Shown: piece by piece, positions 8,473 through 18,244 of the stretch
How positions within the stretch are numbered: position 1 is the stretch's first letter
Layout: each line of letters begins with the position of its first letter
From: Actinomycetota bacterium
Lineage (GTDB): Bacteria; Actinomycetota; CADDZG01; JAHWKV01
Assembly (NCBI GenBank): GCA_019347715.1
Contig: JAHWKU010000007.1
Location: 8,349 to 72,348 of the forward strand
Direction: 5' to 3'
DNA length: 64,000 nucleotides
Program-made: the position numbers and the translations under genes
Notes under the pieces: generated by a model
Told to the model about the DNA's origin: nothing
Database searches by the model: none
The model's input: only the letters and a program-made list of their open reading frames with translations

Positions 8473-11400
8473 ATGGGCTTCGAGCAGGTAGAGAACGATC
8501 CGAAATTAGTCGAGGGCGAGAAGGAGGTCCTCTCCTTTTGGGACGAATCGCGCGCGTTTGACAAGCTGAGGGAAAAGAACGCAGGAGGGCCACCATGGTC
8601 CTTCCTCGACGGGCCCATCACAGCCAACAACCCGATGGGAGTCCACCACGCCTGGGGCCGCACCTACAAGGACCTGTTCCAACGCTACTTCGCGATGCGC
8701 GGCTACGACCAGCGCTGGCAGAACGGTTTTGATTGCCAGGGCCTCTGGGTTGAGGTCCAGGTGGAACGAGAGCTGGGCTTCAACTCAAAGAGGGATATCG
8801 AGGCCTATGGGTTGGAGGAGTTCGTCAATCGCTGCAAAGAGCGAGTCCTCAAATACTCCGCAATCCAAACGGAGCAGTCGGTGCGGCTCGGGATGTGGAT
8901 GGACTGGCAGAACTCCTATTTCACGATGTCCGACGAGAACAACTACACCATCTGGTCCTTCCTGAAACGCTGTCACGAACGCAAGCTCATATACAAGGGC
9001 ATGGACTCGATGCCGTGGTGTCCGCGCTGTGGCACCGGAATCTCCGAGCAGGAGCGGCGCGAAGGATACAAGCTCATCGAGGATGAAAGCGTCTACGTAC
9101 GTCTTCCTCTAAAGGACCGAGAGCGCGAATACCTTCTGGTCTGGACCACGACTCCATGGACCCTCGCTGCCAACGTCGCCGCTGCAGTCCATCCCGATCT
9201 CACCTATGTAGCTGCCAAGCTCGGCGAAGACACCTATTACGTCTCCAAGGGCAGGTTGTCCGTGCTGGAAGGCCATGCAGATGCGGGAGCCCCTCAGGTC
9301 ATCGAGGAGCTGAAGGGAGAGGCAATGGCCGGATGGAGATACCACGGGCCATTCGACGACCTCCCAGCCGCAGCCCCTGCTCTGGAGGTTCACCGGGTCA
9401 TCGAATGGGAAGACGTGGAAGATTCCAGCGGAACCGGCATCGTCCACATCGCTCCAGGGGCCGGAAAAGAAGACTTCGATCTGGGAAAGAAATTCGACCT
9501 TCCGGTGATTGCGCCTATCGACGAATCGGGCCGCTACGAGGAAGGGTTCGGGGCCCTGACCGGAAAAGCCGCATCAGAGGTCCACGAACTCATCTATCGC
9601 GACCTGGAGGAAAAGGGACTCTTCTTCTCCAGCGAGCGCTACACCCACGACTACCCCCACTGCTGGAGATGCGACACCCAGCTTCTCTTCCGGGCGGTCG
9701 ACGAGTGGTACATCGACATGAGCTGGCGCGACGAGATCAAAGAAGTCGCCAAACAGATCAACTGGATCCCGGACTACACCCTTGACCTCGAGCTCGACTG
9801 GCTGAAGAACATGAGTGACTGGATGATCTCCAAAAAGAGGTATTGGGGGCTCGCTCTTCCGATCTGGGAATGCAATTCGTGCGGGCATTTCGACGTTGTC
9901 GGAGGGTTCGATGAACTGAAAGAACGAGCGGTCGAGGGCTGGGACGAATTCGAGGGCCACACTCCTCACCGGCCATGGATCGACTCGATCAAGATTCGAT
10001 GCGAGAAGTGCGGAGAGATGGCCTCGAGGATTCCCGATGTCGGCAACCCATGGCTCGACGCCGGGATCGTTCCGTATTCCACCGTCGGCTACAACGAAGA
10101 TCGAGAGCACTGGGCAAAGTGGATCCCGGCCGATTTCATCGTCGAGGCCTTTCCAGGACAGTTCCGCAACTGGTTTTACGCGCTGCTGGCCATGTCGACC
10201 ATGATGGAGAAGATCCCCCCATTCCAGAACTGTCTCGGACACATGCTCGTGCGTGACGAGAAGGGCGAAGAGTTCTCGAAGAGTCGCCACTTCATTGAGC
10301 TCAACGAGGCTGCGGACCGCGCTTCCTCCGATGTCATGCGCTGGCTGTTCATGCGTCAAAACCCGACGCAAAACGTCCCATTCGGATATCACAACCTCGA
10401 TCAGCTCTCGCGCAAGGTTTTCATGACGCTTTGGAATACCTATCGTTTCTTTGTCAATTACGCCCGGCTCGACCAGTTCGATCCCGCTTCGGAGCAGGTC
10501 CCAGTGCACGAGCGTCCCGAGATCGACCGGTGGATATTGTCCGACCTTCAGCTTCTTGTGAAAAACGCGAACGAGTCATTTCCGAAGTACTGGGTGACCT
10601 CCTTCATGAGACAGGCAGAGGAATTCATCGAAAAACTTTCCAATTGGTACGTGAGACGTAACCGTCCGCGCTTCTGGGACCCAAGGGGCAAAGACGAGGA
10701 GACCGAGCGCTCCAAGCTGGCTGCCTATCAGACCCTTTACGAAGTTCTGGTGACTCTGGTCAAGCTGCTTGCGCCCGTGATCCCCTTTCTTTCCGAGAGG
10801 ATGTACCAGAACCTGGTTGCAACACAGGCCGGAGACGCCCAGCCCATCTCGGTCCACCTAGCCGACTATCCCGAGACCAGCGAAGACCTTATCGACGAAG
10901 GCCTTTCATTCGACATGCGCGTCGCACAGAACGTAGTCGCGACAGGACACTCGTTGCGAAAGCAGTCGAGTCGCCGGGTTCGGCAGCCGCTGAATGAGAT
11001 GAGGGTCGTTGCCCCGGACCCGCGTTACGCAGCCGCGCTGGAAAGACTCAGCTCTCTCGTCTCCGACGAGCTCAACGTGAAAGCGATCAACCTCACCGAT
11101 GACCTCGAAGGGCTGAGCACGGTGAAGATAAAACCTAACTTCGGCTCCCTAGGTCCTCGTTTCGGAAAAGAAGCCAAGGAAGTGGCAAAAGCGATCGAAG
11201 AACTGGACGCCACGGCGGCGACCCGGCTGGCCGGCGGAGAGTCAGTCGTTGTCGCCGGCAAGCACCTTTCGGCCGAAGACGTTCACGTCCACGTGGAAAC
11301 CGCCTCCGGCTGGATCGTGGGCGAGGCTGGCTCGCTGCAGATAGCGCTCGACGTCGCCGTCACCGATGAGTTGATCCGCGAAGGCATAGCCAGAGACGTC

Positions 11401-11637
11401 GTCCGTCACATACAGAATGTCCGCAAGGAGATAGGCCTGAATATCGAAGACCGAATCGAGGTCTCATATTCCGCCACCCCCCACGTGACGGCAGCGATCG
11501 AACAATGGGAGAGCTACATAGCCGGCGAGGCCCAAGCTGACCGTATCCAGGCGGTCGAACCTCTTGCCGACGGAACCCTCGTAAACGTAGCGGAAAGCGA
11601 AGTCAGGCTTTCCGTGAAGGTGTCGGCTAAGTCCTAG
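8473..11637 (+). CDS. ileS: isoleucine--tRNA ligase, type 2 (IleRS2)
   Basis: [56 protein letters not shown]-terminal [16 protein letters not shown] typical of type 2. Confidence 0.97.
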   Translation: MGFEQVENDPKLVEGEKEVLSFWDESRAFDKLREKNAGGPPWSFLDGPITANNPMGVHHAWGRTYKDLFQRYFAMRGYDQRWQNGFDCQGLWVEVQVERELGFNSKRDIEAYGLEEFVNRCKERVLKYSAIQTEQSVRLGMWMDWQNSYFTMSDENNYTIWSFLKRCHERKLIYKGMDSMPWCPRCGTGISEQERREGYKLIEDESVYVRLPLKDREREYLLVWTTTPWTLAANVAAAVHPDLTYVAAKLGEDTYYVSKGRLSVLEGHADAGAPQVIEELKGEAMAGWRYHGPFDDLPAAAPALEVHRVIEWEDVEDSSGTGIVHIAPGAGKEDFDLGKKFDLPVIAPIDESGRYEEGFGALTGKAASEVHELIYRDLEEKGLFFSSERYTHDYPHCWRCDTQLLFRAVDEWYIDMSWRDEIKEVAKQINWIPDYTLDLELDWLKNMSDWMISKKRYWGLALPIWECNSCGHFDVVGGFDELKERAVEGWDEFEGHTPHRPWIDSIKIRCEKCGEMASRIPDVGNPWLDAGIVPYSTVGYNEDREHWAKWIPADFIVEAFPGQFRNWFYALLAMSTMMEKIPPFQNCLGHMLVRDEKGEEFSKSRHFIELNEAADRASSDVMRWLFMRQNPTQNVPFGYHNLDQLSRKVFMTLWNTYRFFVNYARLDQFDPASEQVPVHERPEIDRWILSDLQLLVKNANESFPKYWVTSFMRQAEEFIEKLSNWYVRRNRPRFWDPRGKDEETERSKLAAYQTLYEVLVTLVKLLAPVIPFLSERMYQNLVATQAGDAQPISVHLADYPETSEDLIDEGLSFDMRVAQNVVATGHSLRKQSSRRVRQPLNEMRVVAPDPRYAAALERLSSLVSDELNVKAINLTDDLEGLSTVKIKPNFGSLGPRFGKEAKEVAKAIEELDATAATRLAGGESVVVAGKHLSAEDVHVHVETASGWIVGEAGSLQIALDVAVTDELIREGIARDVVRHIQNVRKEIGLNIEDRIEVSYSATPHVTAAIEQWESYIAGEAQADRIQAVEPLADGTLVNVAESEVRLSVKVSAKS

Positions 11638-12233
11638 GTCTTTCTCTTTGCGGTCTTCTTGGCCGTCGTCTTTTTGGCAGTGCTCTTCTTGGCCGTCGTC
11701 TTCTTGGCCGTCGTCTTTTTGGCAGTGCTCTTCTTGGCCGGAGCCCTCTTGGCTGAGGTCTTCTTCGCTGCAGGTTTCGCAGTCTTCTTCTTGGCCGTGG
11801 TCTTCTTTGCTGCGGTCTTCTTGGCGGTCGTCTTTTTGGCCGGCGTCTTGCGGGCGGTCACCTTCTTAGCGGTCGACCGGCCCCGCGAGGCCGCTGCCGG
11901 TCTGGCTTCTTCTTCCTCCTCTTCTTCTTCATCATCCTCGGCCTCCCAGCGCGGGGTGGTAAGGACCGGTTCTTCTTCCTCTTCTTCCTCGACGGCCGGG
12001 GTCCCAACGGGCCCTGAAGTCGGCGTTGCCGGAGCCGCCGGCGTCCATGGAGAGGTGTCGGTGGCAGGAACCGCTGCACCCTCTCGCCGCTCTCTCACGA
12101 TGGCAACGATCAGCAGCGCGAGCGCGATGAAGGCCAGTCCTATGGACGTGAAGATCAGAGCGGTCACTCCGGAAAGCCAGCCGATCACCAGTGTCACTAC
12201 CCCGGCGATCAGGGCCACGACAGAAATGGTCAT
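11634..12233 (-). CDS. hypothetical: two N-terminal TM helices, poly-Glu tracts, H1-like (KKTTA)n tail
   Basis: GGGGTG SD; hydrophobic residues ~1-47; EEEEEEE and [11 protein letters not shown] runs; about 14 KKxxA-type repeats. Confidence 0.8.
   Translation of the reverse strand: MTISVVALIAGVVTLVIGWLSGVTALIFTSIGLAFIALALLIVAIVRERREGAAVPATDTSPWTPAAPATPTSGPVGTPAVEEEEEEEPVLTTPRWEAEDDEEEEEEEEARPAAASRGRSTAKKVTARKTPAKKTTAKKTAAKKTTAKKKTAKPAAKKTSAKRAPAKKSTAKKTTAKKTTAKKSTAKKTTAKKTAKRKT
11640..11870 (-). repeat. degenerate 15-nt coding tandem repeats (AAGAAGACGACGGCC-like) encoding KKTTA
   Basis: Visible on the plus strand as repeated ttcttggccgtcgtc / tttttggcagtgctc units. Confidence 0.85.
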
Positions 12234-12347
12234 CAAGTCGGATCACCCCTTATTTGTAGATTGGATTTACTTCAGCCTGCGCAGTCTACTCCCACGGAGT
12301 CGACGGTCGGAACAATACCGAAAGAAGTCGGCAGTTTCTACGCCGTG

Positions 12348-13139
12348 CTATTCCTCTCCCCAGAACAGATGCTGGATAGAACGCTCGTCGTCGTCTTCCT
12401 TCTGGCGCTCCTGTGGCCTAGCCTGAGGATGAGTCCCTGGACGATCTGGAGATGGACGAGTGGGGACTCCGGCATGCTGATGCTGTCCCAGCTGGATTGG
12501 TTGAGTCGGCTCGTCTGCAGGAGCAGCGGTCTGCCCCACGACCGGCTCCGGTCTCGCAACCGGAGGTTCGCTTTCCACCGGCCGGCTCTCCTGTGCCACC
12601 GGCTGCACCGGCCGATCCTCTTCCGGCTCCGGAGCGGAGGCTTCAGGCCGTGGCGATACCGCGACCGGGCCCTCTTCTAAAACCCTCAGCTGTGACTCTA
12701 TAAATGCTTGCAGCCTAGCGCGGTACTCGGATTCGAATTTCTTCATACCCTCCAGGCCGACCTCTATCTCGCGCTGTCTGGCGACGGCCTTTTCTACGAT
12801 CTCTTGAGCGCGCCTCTCAGAGTTGGCGACTATCTCCAAAGCTTTCCTCTCGGCCCCCGCGACCATCCCCTGAGCCTTTTGCTTGGCCTCATCGATTGCT
12901 TCCTCTGCGGTCTTTTGAGCCGTGAGCAGAGTCTTCTTGAGCATGTCTTCTGTGGAGCGCGCCTGGTGGAGCTGCTCCTCCAGCTCTTTGAATCGATGAT
13001 GGAACTCCTGGTTCTCACGATAGGTGCGCTCGAAGGACAAAGCCACCTCGTCGAGGAACATATCGACCTCTTCGTGGCTGTAGCCCCGAAACGCATCATG
13101 GAACTGCTTTTCTTGGATCTCTCGAGGGGTTAGGTCCAC
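12348..13139 (-). CDS. divIVA: DivIVA/Wag31 polar growth protein
   Basis: LTPREIQEKQF..AFRGY..EEVDMFLDEV N-terminal domain, coiled coil, FESEYRARL. Confidence 0.93.
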   Translation of the reverse strand: MDLTPREIQEKQFHDAFRGYSHEEVDMFLDEVALSFERTYRENQEFHHRFKELEEQLHQARSTEDMLKKTLLTAQKTAEEAIDEAKQKAQGMVAGAERKALEIVANSERRAQEIVEKAVARQREIEVGLEGMKKFESEYRARLQAFIESQLRVLEEGPVAVSPRPEASAPEPEEDRPVQPVAQESRPVESEPPVARPEPVVGQTAAPADEPTQPIQLGQHQHAGVPTRPSPDRPGTHPQARPQERQKEDDDERSIQHLFWGEE

Positions 13140-13140
13140 C

Positions 13141-13431
13141 TCAAAAACCTCCTCCTATCTGGCAAAGAATAGGCAAGAGCACGAAACGAACAATCAAAAA
13201 CCACACCAAGAAGCCTAGATCGATAGCCATCGCTCCCGAGCGGAGCGGTGGAATGAACCTGCGCAGAAATTGCACAGGCGGGTCGACGACGGCTCCAAGG
13301 AGAGTCAGAAGAGGTCGTATTGCCTCGGGGGGTCGCCAGTCCGGCTTGAACGCGAAGACGAAAGAGAGGATGACGTGGGCTATCAGCATGTAGATATAGA
13401 GCTGCCCTAACAGGCAAAGAATGTTGCTCAC
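13141..13431 (-). CDS. yggT: YggT/YlmG (SepG) family membrane protein
   Basis: DPPVQFLRRFIPPLR...IDL motif; position between sepF and divIVA. Confidence 0.9.
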   Translation of the reverse strand: MSNILCLLGQLYIYMLIAHVILSFVFAFKPDWRPPEAIRPLLTLLGAVVDPPVQFLRRFIPPLRSGAMAIDLGFLVWFLIVRFVLLPILCQIGGGF

Positions 13432-13449
13432 TGAAGCGTCCGTTCATTC

Positions 13450-13908
13450 TCAAAACTCATCGAAAATCCCAGACCGGACCCTGCTTCTGAGACGATCCAT
13501 GTCGGTCTGGCTGACCTCGACATTGGGCGGAGTGATGAGGTAAACGCGCGGGGCAAGCCTCTGCATGCTTCCGTGGACGACGTATGCCGCTCCGGATGCA
13601 AAAGCTATAAGCCTTCGGTGAAGCTCATCTTCGACTCCCTGAAGATTCATGATCACCGGAACCGATGCGCGCAGCTTGTCTCCGATCTCCTGAGCATCAT
13701 CGAACGACCTAGGCTCGACCGTGTGGATCTGACCCGGGGGCGGGGCGGCAGAGGGCACGGCATGCATCTGGGGAAGCTCCTCCCTTCGGATGGTCCTGAT
13801 AGCAGGAGGTTCCTCTAAAGGCGCGTCTTCATAGCCGTCCGAGATCTCTTCCAGCTCGTCCTCCTCAACCAGTCCGAGGTAGAGGAGGGTTTTCTTCCAG
13901 ACGCCCAT
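13450..13908 (-). CDS. sepF: cell division protein SepF
   Basis: YLGLVE N-terminus, PRSFDDAQEIGD, PVIMNL, RRLIAFASG, YLITPPNV. Confidence 0.95.
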   Translation of the reverse strand: MGVWKKTLLYLGLVEEDELEEISDGYEDAPLEEPPAIRTIRREELPQMHAVPSAAPPPGQIHTVEPRSFDDAQEIGDKLRASVPVIMNLQGVEDELHRRLIAFASGAAYVVHGSMQRLAPRVYLITPPNVEVSQTDMDRLRSRVRSGIFDEF

Positions 13909-13919
13909 ATTCCTTCCCT

Positions 13920-14597
13920 TTATCTCATTGCCGGACCGAAAATGGCCCGCCCAACTCTAACCATGGTCGCGCCTTCTTCGATCGCCACTCGGTAATCTTG
14001 GCTCATACCCATCGAAAGGTGTTGGATCCCTAGCTCAGGGTACCTGACGCTCGCTTCGTTGAGCAGCGAGCTCAGCAGCCTGAAACTGGGCCGGGCTTGC
14101 TCCTCATCTGCCACCAGCGGCGCCATCGTCATCAGTCCGCGAACCTTAACGCGCTCGAGCCCTGCAGCCCCGTCAATGAGCTTCCATAAGTCCTTGGGGG
14201 CCACTCCGGCCTTTGTACCCTCGCCGCTTGTGTTTACCTCCAGCAGCACTTGAACGTCACGATCCGCTCTCTTGGAGATCTCCATGGCGAGGGGAACGGT
14301 GTCTACCGAGTGGATCGTCGATATGAATGGAGTTATCTGCTTTACCTTGTTTCGCTGAAGGCGCCCCACGAAATGCCAGGTTGCGGCCTCCCCCAAGGCC
14401 TCGAACTTGCCGGCCGCCTCCGCAGTTCGGTTCTCGCCGAAATGGCTTTGCCCGGCAGACAGCGCTTCCGCCACCACCTCCGCAGACACCCCCTTGGTCA
14501 CGGCAACAAGAATGACCTCCGATGGGTTACGGCCTGCGGTGCCGGCGGTCTCCGCTATCCGCGCGCGGACCTTCTCAAGGGATTGTCTTACGTTCAT
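13920..14597 (-). CDS. yggS: YggS/PLPHP pyridoxal-phosphate homeostasis protein
   Basis: LVAVTK, FGENR, WHFVGRLQRNK, GLMTM, LSMGMSQDY, VRVGRAIFG; start at the ATGA overlap at 14597. Confidence 0.95.
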   Translation of the reverse strand: MNVRQSLEKVRARIAETAGTAGRNPSEVILVAVTKGVSAEVVAEALSAGQSHFGENRTAEAAGKFEALGEAATWHFVGRLQRNKVKQITPFISTIHSVDTVPLAMEISKRADRDVQVLLEVNTSGEGTKAGVAPKDLWKLIDGAAGLERVKVRGLMTMAPLVADEEQARPSFRLLSSLLNEASVRYPELGIQHLSMGMSQDYRVAIEEGATMVRVGRAIFGPAMR

Positions 14598-15295
14598 CTC
14601 CATAGGATGAGAGCTTGCCGGCCGGTGGCTTCTTCTCTTCGATGGGAAAAATAGCGATGGTCGCAGAAAGTACACGGGACCTTCGAAGAGGAGACCTCCA
14701 CCCCGGCGTCCTCCAATTGCCACCGGGCGGCCGCCCTGAGATCGAAGCGCAATGAACCTTCGATTACTACAGACGGATCTGGTGCGCTTGGATGCGTGGC
14801 GCGGAAGCTGTCCAGCACGTCCTCCCCCACCTCGTAATGGCATGGTCCGATGCATGGACCGATTTGAGCCGTGATCCGGCCTTCCGATAGAGATCGAAGA
14901 CTCTCGACGGTCCGGGGTATCACCGAGCCGGCAAGTCCTCTCCATCCGGCATGAATCACCCCAACCGCATCCCTGGAGGTCAAGCAGACCGGCACACAGT
15001 CCGCCGTGAAGATGGCGATCGGCAGATCCGGCTCGGAGGTCACTATCGCATCGGCCTTGGGCAGACTCGAGTCGAAACCTGCATGCTCCCTTGTGGCGAC
15101 GAGGACACCAGAGGCGTGCACCTGGTGAACCGTTACCCATCCAGACGAAATACCAAGGCGCTCAGAAACCTTGTGACGGTTTTCTACGACAGTAGCGGCC
15201 TGGTCTGTTCCGGCGAAGCTCAGGTTCCCGGATTCACGGGACGTAAAAAGAGACCTTGTGTCCGGCCGGAGAGCCTCTTCTGCCGGCCCCGTCAG
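14594..15295 (-). CDS. pgeF: peptidoglycan editing factor PgeF/YfiH (YlmD), probable CTG start
   Basis: [34 protein letters not shown]. The frame stays open upstream through FTSR..GNLS and ENR to CTG at 15295 (CTGA overlap with the ftsZ stop); in-frame TAG at 15307-15305. Confidence 0.88.
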   Translation of the reverse strand: MTGPAEEALRPDTRSLFTSRESGNLSFAGTDQAATVVENRHKVSERLGISSGWVTVHQVHASGVLVATREHAGFDSSLPKADAIVTSEPDLPIAIFTADCVPVCLTSRDAVGVIHAGWRGLAGSVIPRTVESLRSLSEGRITAQIGPCIGPCHYEVGEDVLDSFRATHPSAPDPSVVIEGSLRFDLRAAARWQLEDAGVEVSSSKVPCTFCDHRYFSHRREEATGRQALILWR

Positions 15296-16413
15296 TCTCT
15301 CTTCCTAAGAAAGCTTGGGATGTCGAGATCCTCTTCCTCCGCCTCCGCATCGAAGACGAAGCGTGGTTCCTCGCCGAACTCTTCCTCTTCCGCAGCGTCG
15401 AGCTCTTCGACCACGCTCGCGGCAGCAGCAGGGATAGCCGTCGTTTCCTCGACTTTTCCGGAATCCCAGCGGTCGAATCCCGATGCGATGACCGTAACGC
15501 GAACTTCGTCTCCAAGCTGATCGTCTACGACCATTCCGTAGATGATGTTGGCGTCCGGGTGCGCCGCCTTGGCAATGATGTCTGCGGCCTCGTTCACCTC
15601 GAACAGTCCCAGGTCGCTTCCTCCTGAAGCATTGATCAGCACACCTCTCGCCCCATCGATGGAGGATTCGAGCAGCGGCGAGGAAATCGCGTTCTGCGCC
15701 GCAACTACCGCACGGTTCTCGCCTCTTGCGGTTCCAATGCCCATGAGGGATGAACCGGCGTTTGTCATGACCGCCTTCACGTCGGCGAAGTCGATGTTGA
15801 TCAGTCCAGGAGTATTGATGAGGTCCGTTATCCCCGCCACTCCGTGGAGCAGAACTTCGTCCGCCATTCGGAATGCTTCGAGCACCGATGTCGTCTCATC
15901 GCAAACCTGAAGAAGGCGATCGTTGGGAATGATGATGAGGCTGTCGACTCTTTCCTTCAGGTTCATGATTCCCTGTTCGGCCTGAACGCTTCGACGACGT
16001 CCTTCGAAAGAGAACGGCCGGGTTACAACACCGATGGTGAGAGCGCCGAGGTTCTTGGCGATCTCTGCAACGATCGGAGCTCCTCCGGTTCCGGTGCCTC
16101 CGCCCTCTCCGGCGGTGATGAACACCATGTCCGCGCCCTTCAAGCTTTCTTCCACTTCGTCGCGATGAGCCTCACAAGCCTGTCGTCCCAGTTCTGGATC
16201 GGCGCCGGCGCCAAGACCGCGAGTGATTTCACGACCCACGTCGAGCTTCGTATCCGCGTCGGACATGAGAAGAGCTTGCGCATCTGTGTTGATCGCGATG
16301 AACTCCACGCCCTTCAATCCCGCGTCGATCATCCGGTTCACCGCGTTGACTCCGCCGCCACCGACACCGACGACTTTGATGATGGTCAGATAGTTCTGAG
16401 GACCCATCGCCAT
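15292..16413 (-). CDS. ftsZ: cell division protein FtsZ
   Basis: [24 protein letters not shown] tubulin signature, NIDFADV, C-terminal LDIPSFL. Confidence 0.99.
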   Translation of the reverse strand: MAMGPQNYLTIIKVVGVGGGGVNAVNRMIDAGLKGVEFIAINTDAQALLMSDADTKLDVGREITRGLGAGADPELGRQACEAHRDEVEESLKGADMVFITAGEGGGTGTGGAPIVAEIAKNLGALTIGVVTRPFSFEGRRRSVQAEQGIMNLKERVDSLIIIPNDRLLQVCDETTSVLEAFRMADEVLLHGVAGITDLINTPGLINIDFADVKAVMTNAGSSLMGIGTARGENRAVVAAQNAISSPLLESSIDGARGVLINASGGSDLGLFEVNEAADIIAKAAHPDANIIYGMVVDDQLGDEVRVTVIASGFDRWDSGKVEETTAIPAAAASVVEELDAAEEEEFGEEPRFVFDAEAEEEDLDIPSFLRKRD

Positions 16414-16441
16414 CCCAACCTCCGTTCCGTTCTGGGGAAGT

Positions 16442-16495
16442 ATTACTCTCGACCACAGGTTGAGAGTAATGAGAATCTTGAAAGCCTCAAGATTC
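16442..16495. promoter_or_regulatory. two tandem inverted repeats in the ftsZ leader; the first resembles the FtsR (MerR-type) operator
   Basis: ATTACTCTCGACC-ACA-GGTTGAGAGTAAT (16442-16470) and GAATCTTGA-AAGCC-TCAAGATTC (16473-16495). Confidence 0.65.
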
Positions 16496-16503
16496 AGTAG
16501 AGA

Positions 16504-16532
16504 AATATAGGCGCGCTGCGCCGGGGGGTCAA
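16504..16532 (-). promoter_or_regulatory. sigma-A promoter for ftsZ
   Basis: Minus strand TTGACC-N17-TATATT. Confidence 0.7.
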
Positions 16533-16595
16533 CAGGCAGAGCCGAAGTTCATCGGTGTAACTAAGGTAGCGGAGCGGACCGCAGGTCTGCCGTTA

Positions 16596-17294
16596 CTAAC
16601 GGTAGCGGACTGCAGGTCTGCCCGGGACCCGAACGTCGAGATACTCAATGACTTTGGAGTCGGTCTCTGCGCGCTTCAGGAGTGCGCGCGCCGCAAAGTT
16701 CTTCTCTTCGATCTCTTCCGCCGCTCCAAAGAGGATTCTCGTGTCTGTATCCAAGACGAAGGTGATCCGGTCAACGCTTCGGGCGGACACGCTTTTCAGC
16801 CGAGCGGAAAGGGAGGGATCGAGCTCCGGAAGGATTTCGAAAACATGCCGCAACTGCGGAAGGTCTAGCGTTGTGCCGGGTTCTACGACTTCTGGCGTGA
16901 CATCTTCGATGAGAAGCAGGTCGCGCTGTCCCTGTTCTAAAACAACCCCGCTCCCATCGATCAGGTATGTCCCAGTGATTGCAGTGATCAGTGCCACCGG
17001 GGTCCTTTCGTTAACCGAGATGCGAATCGTGGATGGCAGGATCCTTTCAACGCGGACATCGTCGATCCATGGATTGGAACGAACGCGGCCGGCAACAGTA
17101 CCGGTGTCGACGGAAAGAAGATGAACGCCGCGCCTCAAGCCAGTTTCCGCAACCACTTCTTCCTTGGAGAGCTCGGAGTTCCCTGCAACTTCTACACGTC
17201 GGAGCTCGAGGAGACTCGACCTCCACAGAACCGACCCACCGAAGCCAAGTCCTGCAGCAACGACCAGTGCCACTATCCATCGGATGACTCTCAT
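16596..17294 (-). CDS. ftsQ: cell division protein FtsQ/DivIB
   Basis: N-terminal TM, POTRA (VEVAGN...PWIDDVRVERILPSTIRISVNER), C-terminal YLDVRVPGRP. Confidence 0.92.
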   Translation of the reverse strand: MRVIRWIVALVVAAGLGFGGSVLWRSSLLELRRVEVAGNSELSKEEVVAETGLRRGVHLLSVDTGTVAGRVRSNPWIDDVRVERILPSTIRISVNERTPVALITAITGTYLIDGSGVVLEQGQRDLLLIEDVTPEVVEPGTTLDLPQLRHVFEILPELDPSLSARLKSVSARSVDRITFVLDTDTRILFGAAEEIEEKNFAARALLKRAETDSKVIEYLDVRVPGRPAVRYR

Positions 17295-18241
17295 CCCCGC
17301 AACTGCTCCTCGCCCTCGAACTCTCCTACGGTAGAAACCTCAGGAATCAAAAGCACTCCGCTTGCGCGCTCTACCTGTATTTGAACTCTCGCCATCAGGT
17401 CAAAGACGTCCTGAGCAGTTGATCCCGGCCGCGCGAGAAAGAAATTGGCGTGCTTCGCTGAGACTTCCGCTTTGCCGACACGCAGTTCCTTTAGCCCGGC
17501 GGCCTCGATCAATCTCCCCGCGGAATCGCCTTGGGGATTCCTGAACATCGATCCGGCGTTGGGAGCTTCCACAGGCTGAGTCTCAGAACGGTGGCGCCGG
17601 TACTCCTCCATCCTGCCGGCGATCTTTTCTTGCACGCCCGGTTGAAGCCGGAATCTCGCGCTGGACACGACGTCGTTCTGAGCGAGATTGGTGTGCCGGT
17701 AGCTCATATCGAGATCGGCCGCGCCAACGGTCGCCGAGCTTCCACCCCCGAAGTTGAAGACCGTCGCCGAATCCAACACTTCCGATACCGATGAACCGTG
17801 AGCTCCGGCATTCATCTTCACCGCGCCCCCTACGGTGGCAGGGATGGCAATTGCGAATTCCAGTCCAGACAGACCCAGCCTCGCCGCCCGGTTGGCCACT
17901 CGAGGCAATTGAGCCATTCCTCCGGCCGCCAGGATGCTCTCTTCCTCGTGCGAGATCCACTCGAATCCTTTGCCCAGGCGGATAGCGACTCCTGGGAATC
18001 CACGGTCGGATACGAGCAGGTTCGTTCCTTTGCCAAGCACGAGTACCGGAAGATCGTTTTCGCTTACGACTTTCGAGACCGTCTCCAGATCGGTCTCGGT
18101 CTCACACTCGCACAGGACCGCAGCGGGGCCCCCGAGTCTGAATGAGGTAAATCGGGCGATGGGAGCATCCGGGGTAGCTTTGGCGCCCATGGCCTCGCGC
18201 AGCTCGGCGACGGCCAACCGCAGGTGCTCGGAGTCGGCCAT
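17291..18241 (-). CDS. murB: UDP-N-acetylenolpyruvoylglucosamine reductase
   Basis: TSFRLGGPA, LGKGTNLLVSD, IPATVGGAVKMNAGA, NAGSMFRNP, KHANF. Confidence 0.95.
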   Translation of the reverse strand: MADSEHLRLAVAELREAMGAKATPDAPIARFTSFRLGGPAAVLCECETETDLETVSKVVSENDLPVLVLGKGTNLLVSDRGFPGVAIRLGKGFEWISHEEESILAAGGMAQLPRVANRAARLGLSGLEFAIAIPATVGGAVKMNAGAHGSSVSEVLDSATVFNFGGGSSATVGAADLDMSYRHTNLAQNDVVSSARFRLQPGVQEKIAGRMEEYRRHRSETQPVEAPNAGSMFRNPQGDSAGRLIEAAGLKELRVGKAEVSAKHANFFLARPGSTAQDVFDLMARVQIQVERASGVLLIPEVSTVGEFEGEEQLRG

Positions 18242-18244
18242 CGC

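Noticed and set aside
11640..11870. Regular short repeats as a possible CRISPR array
   Set aside because: Degenerate 15-nt in-frame coding repeats with no unique spacers and no cas genes
11659..12426. 255-aa plus-strand ORF with (AVVFL)n repeats
   Set aside because: Antisense shadow of the KKTTA-repeat gene
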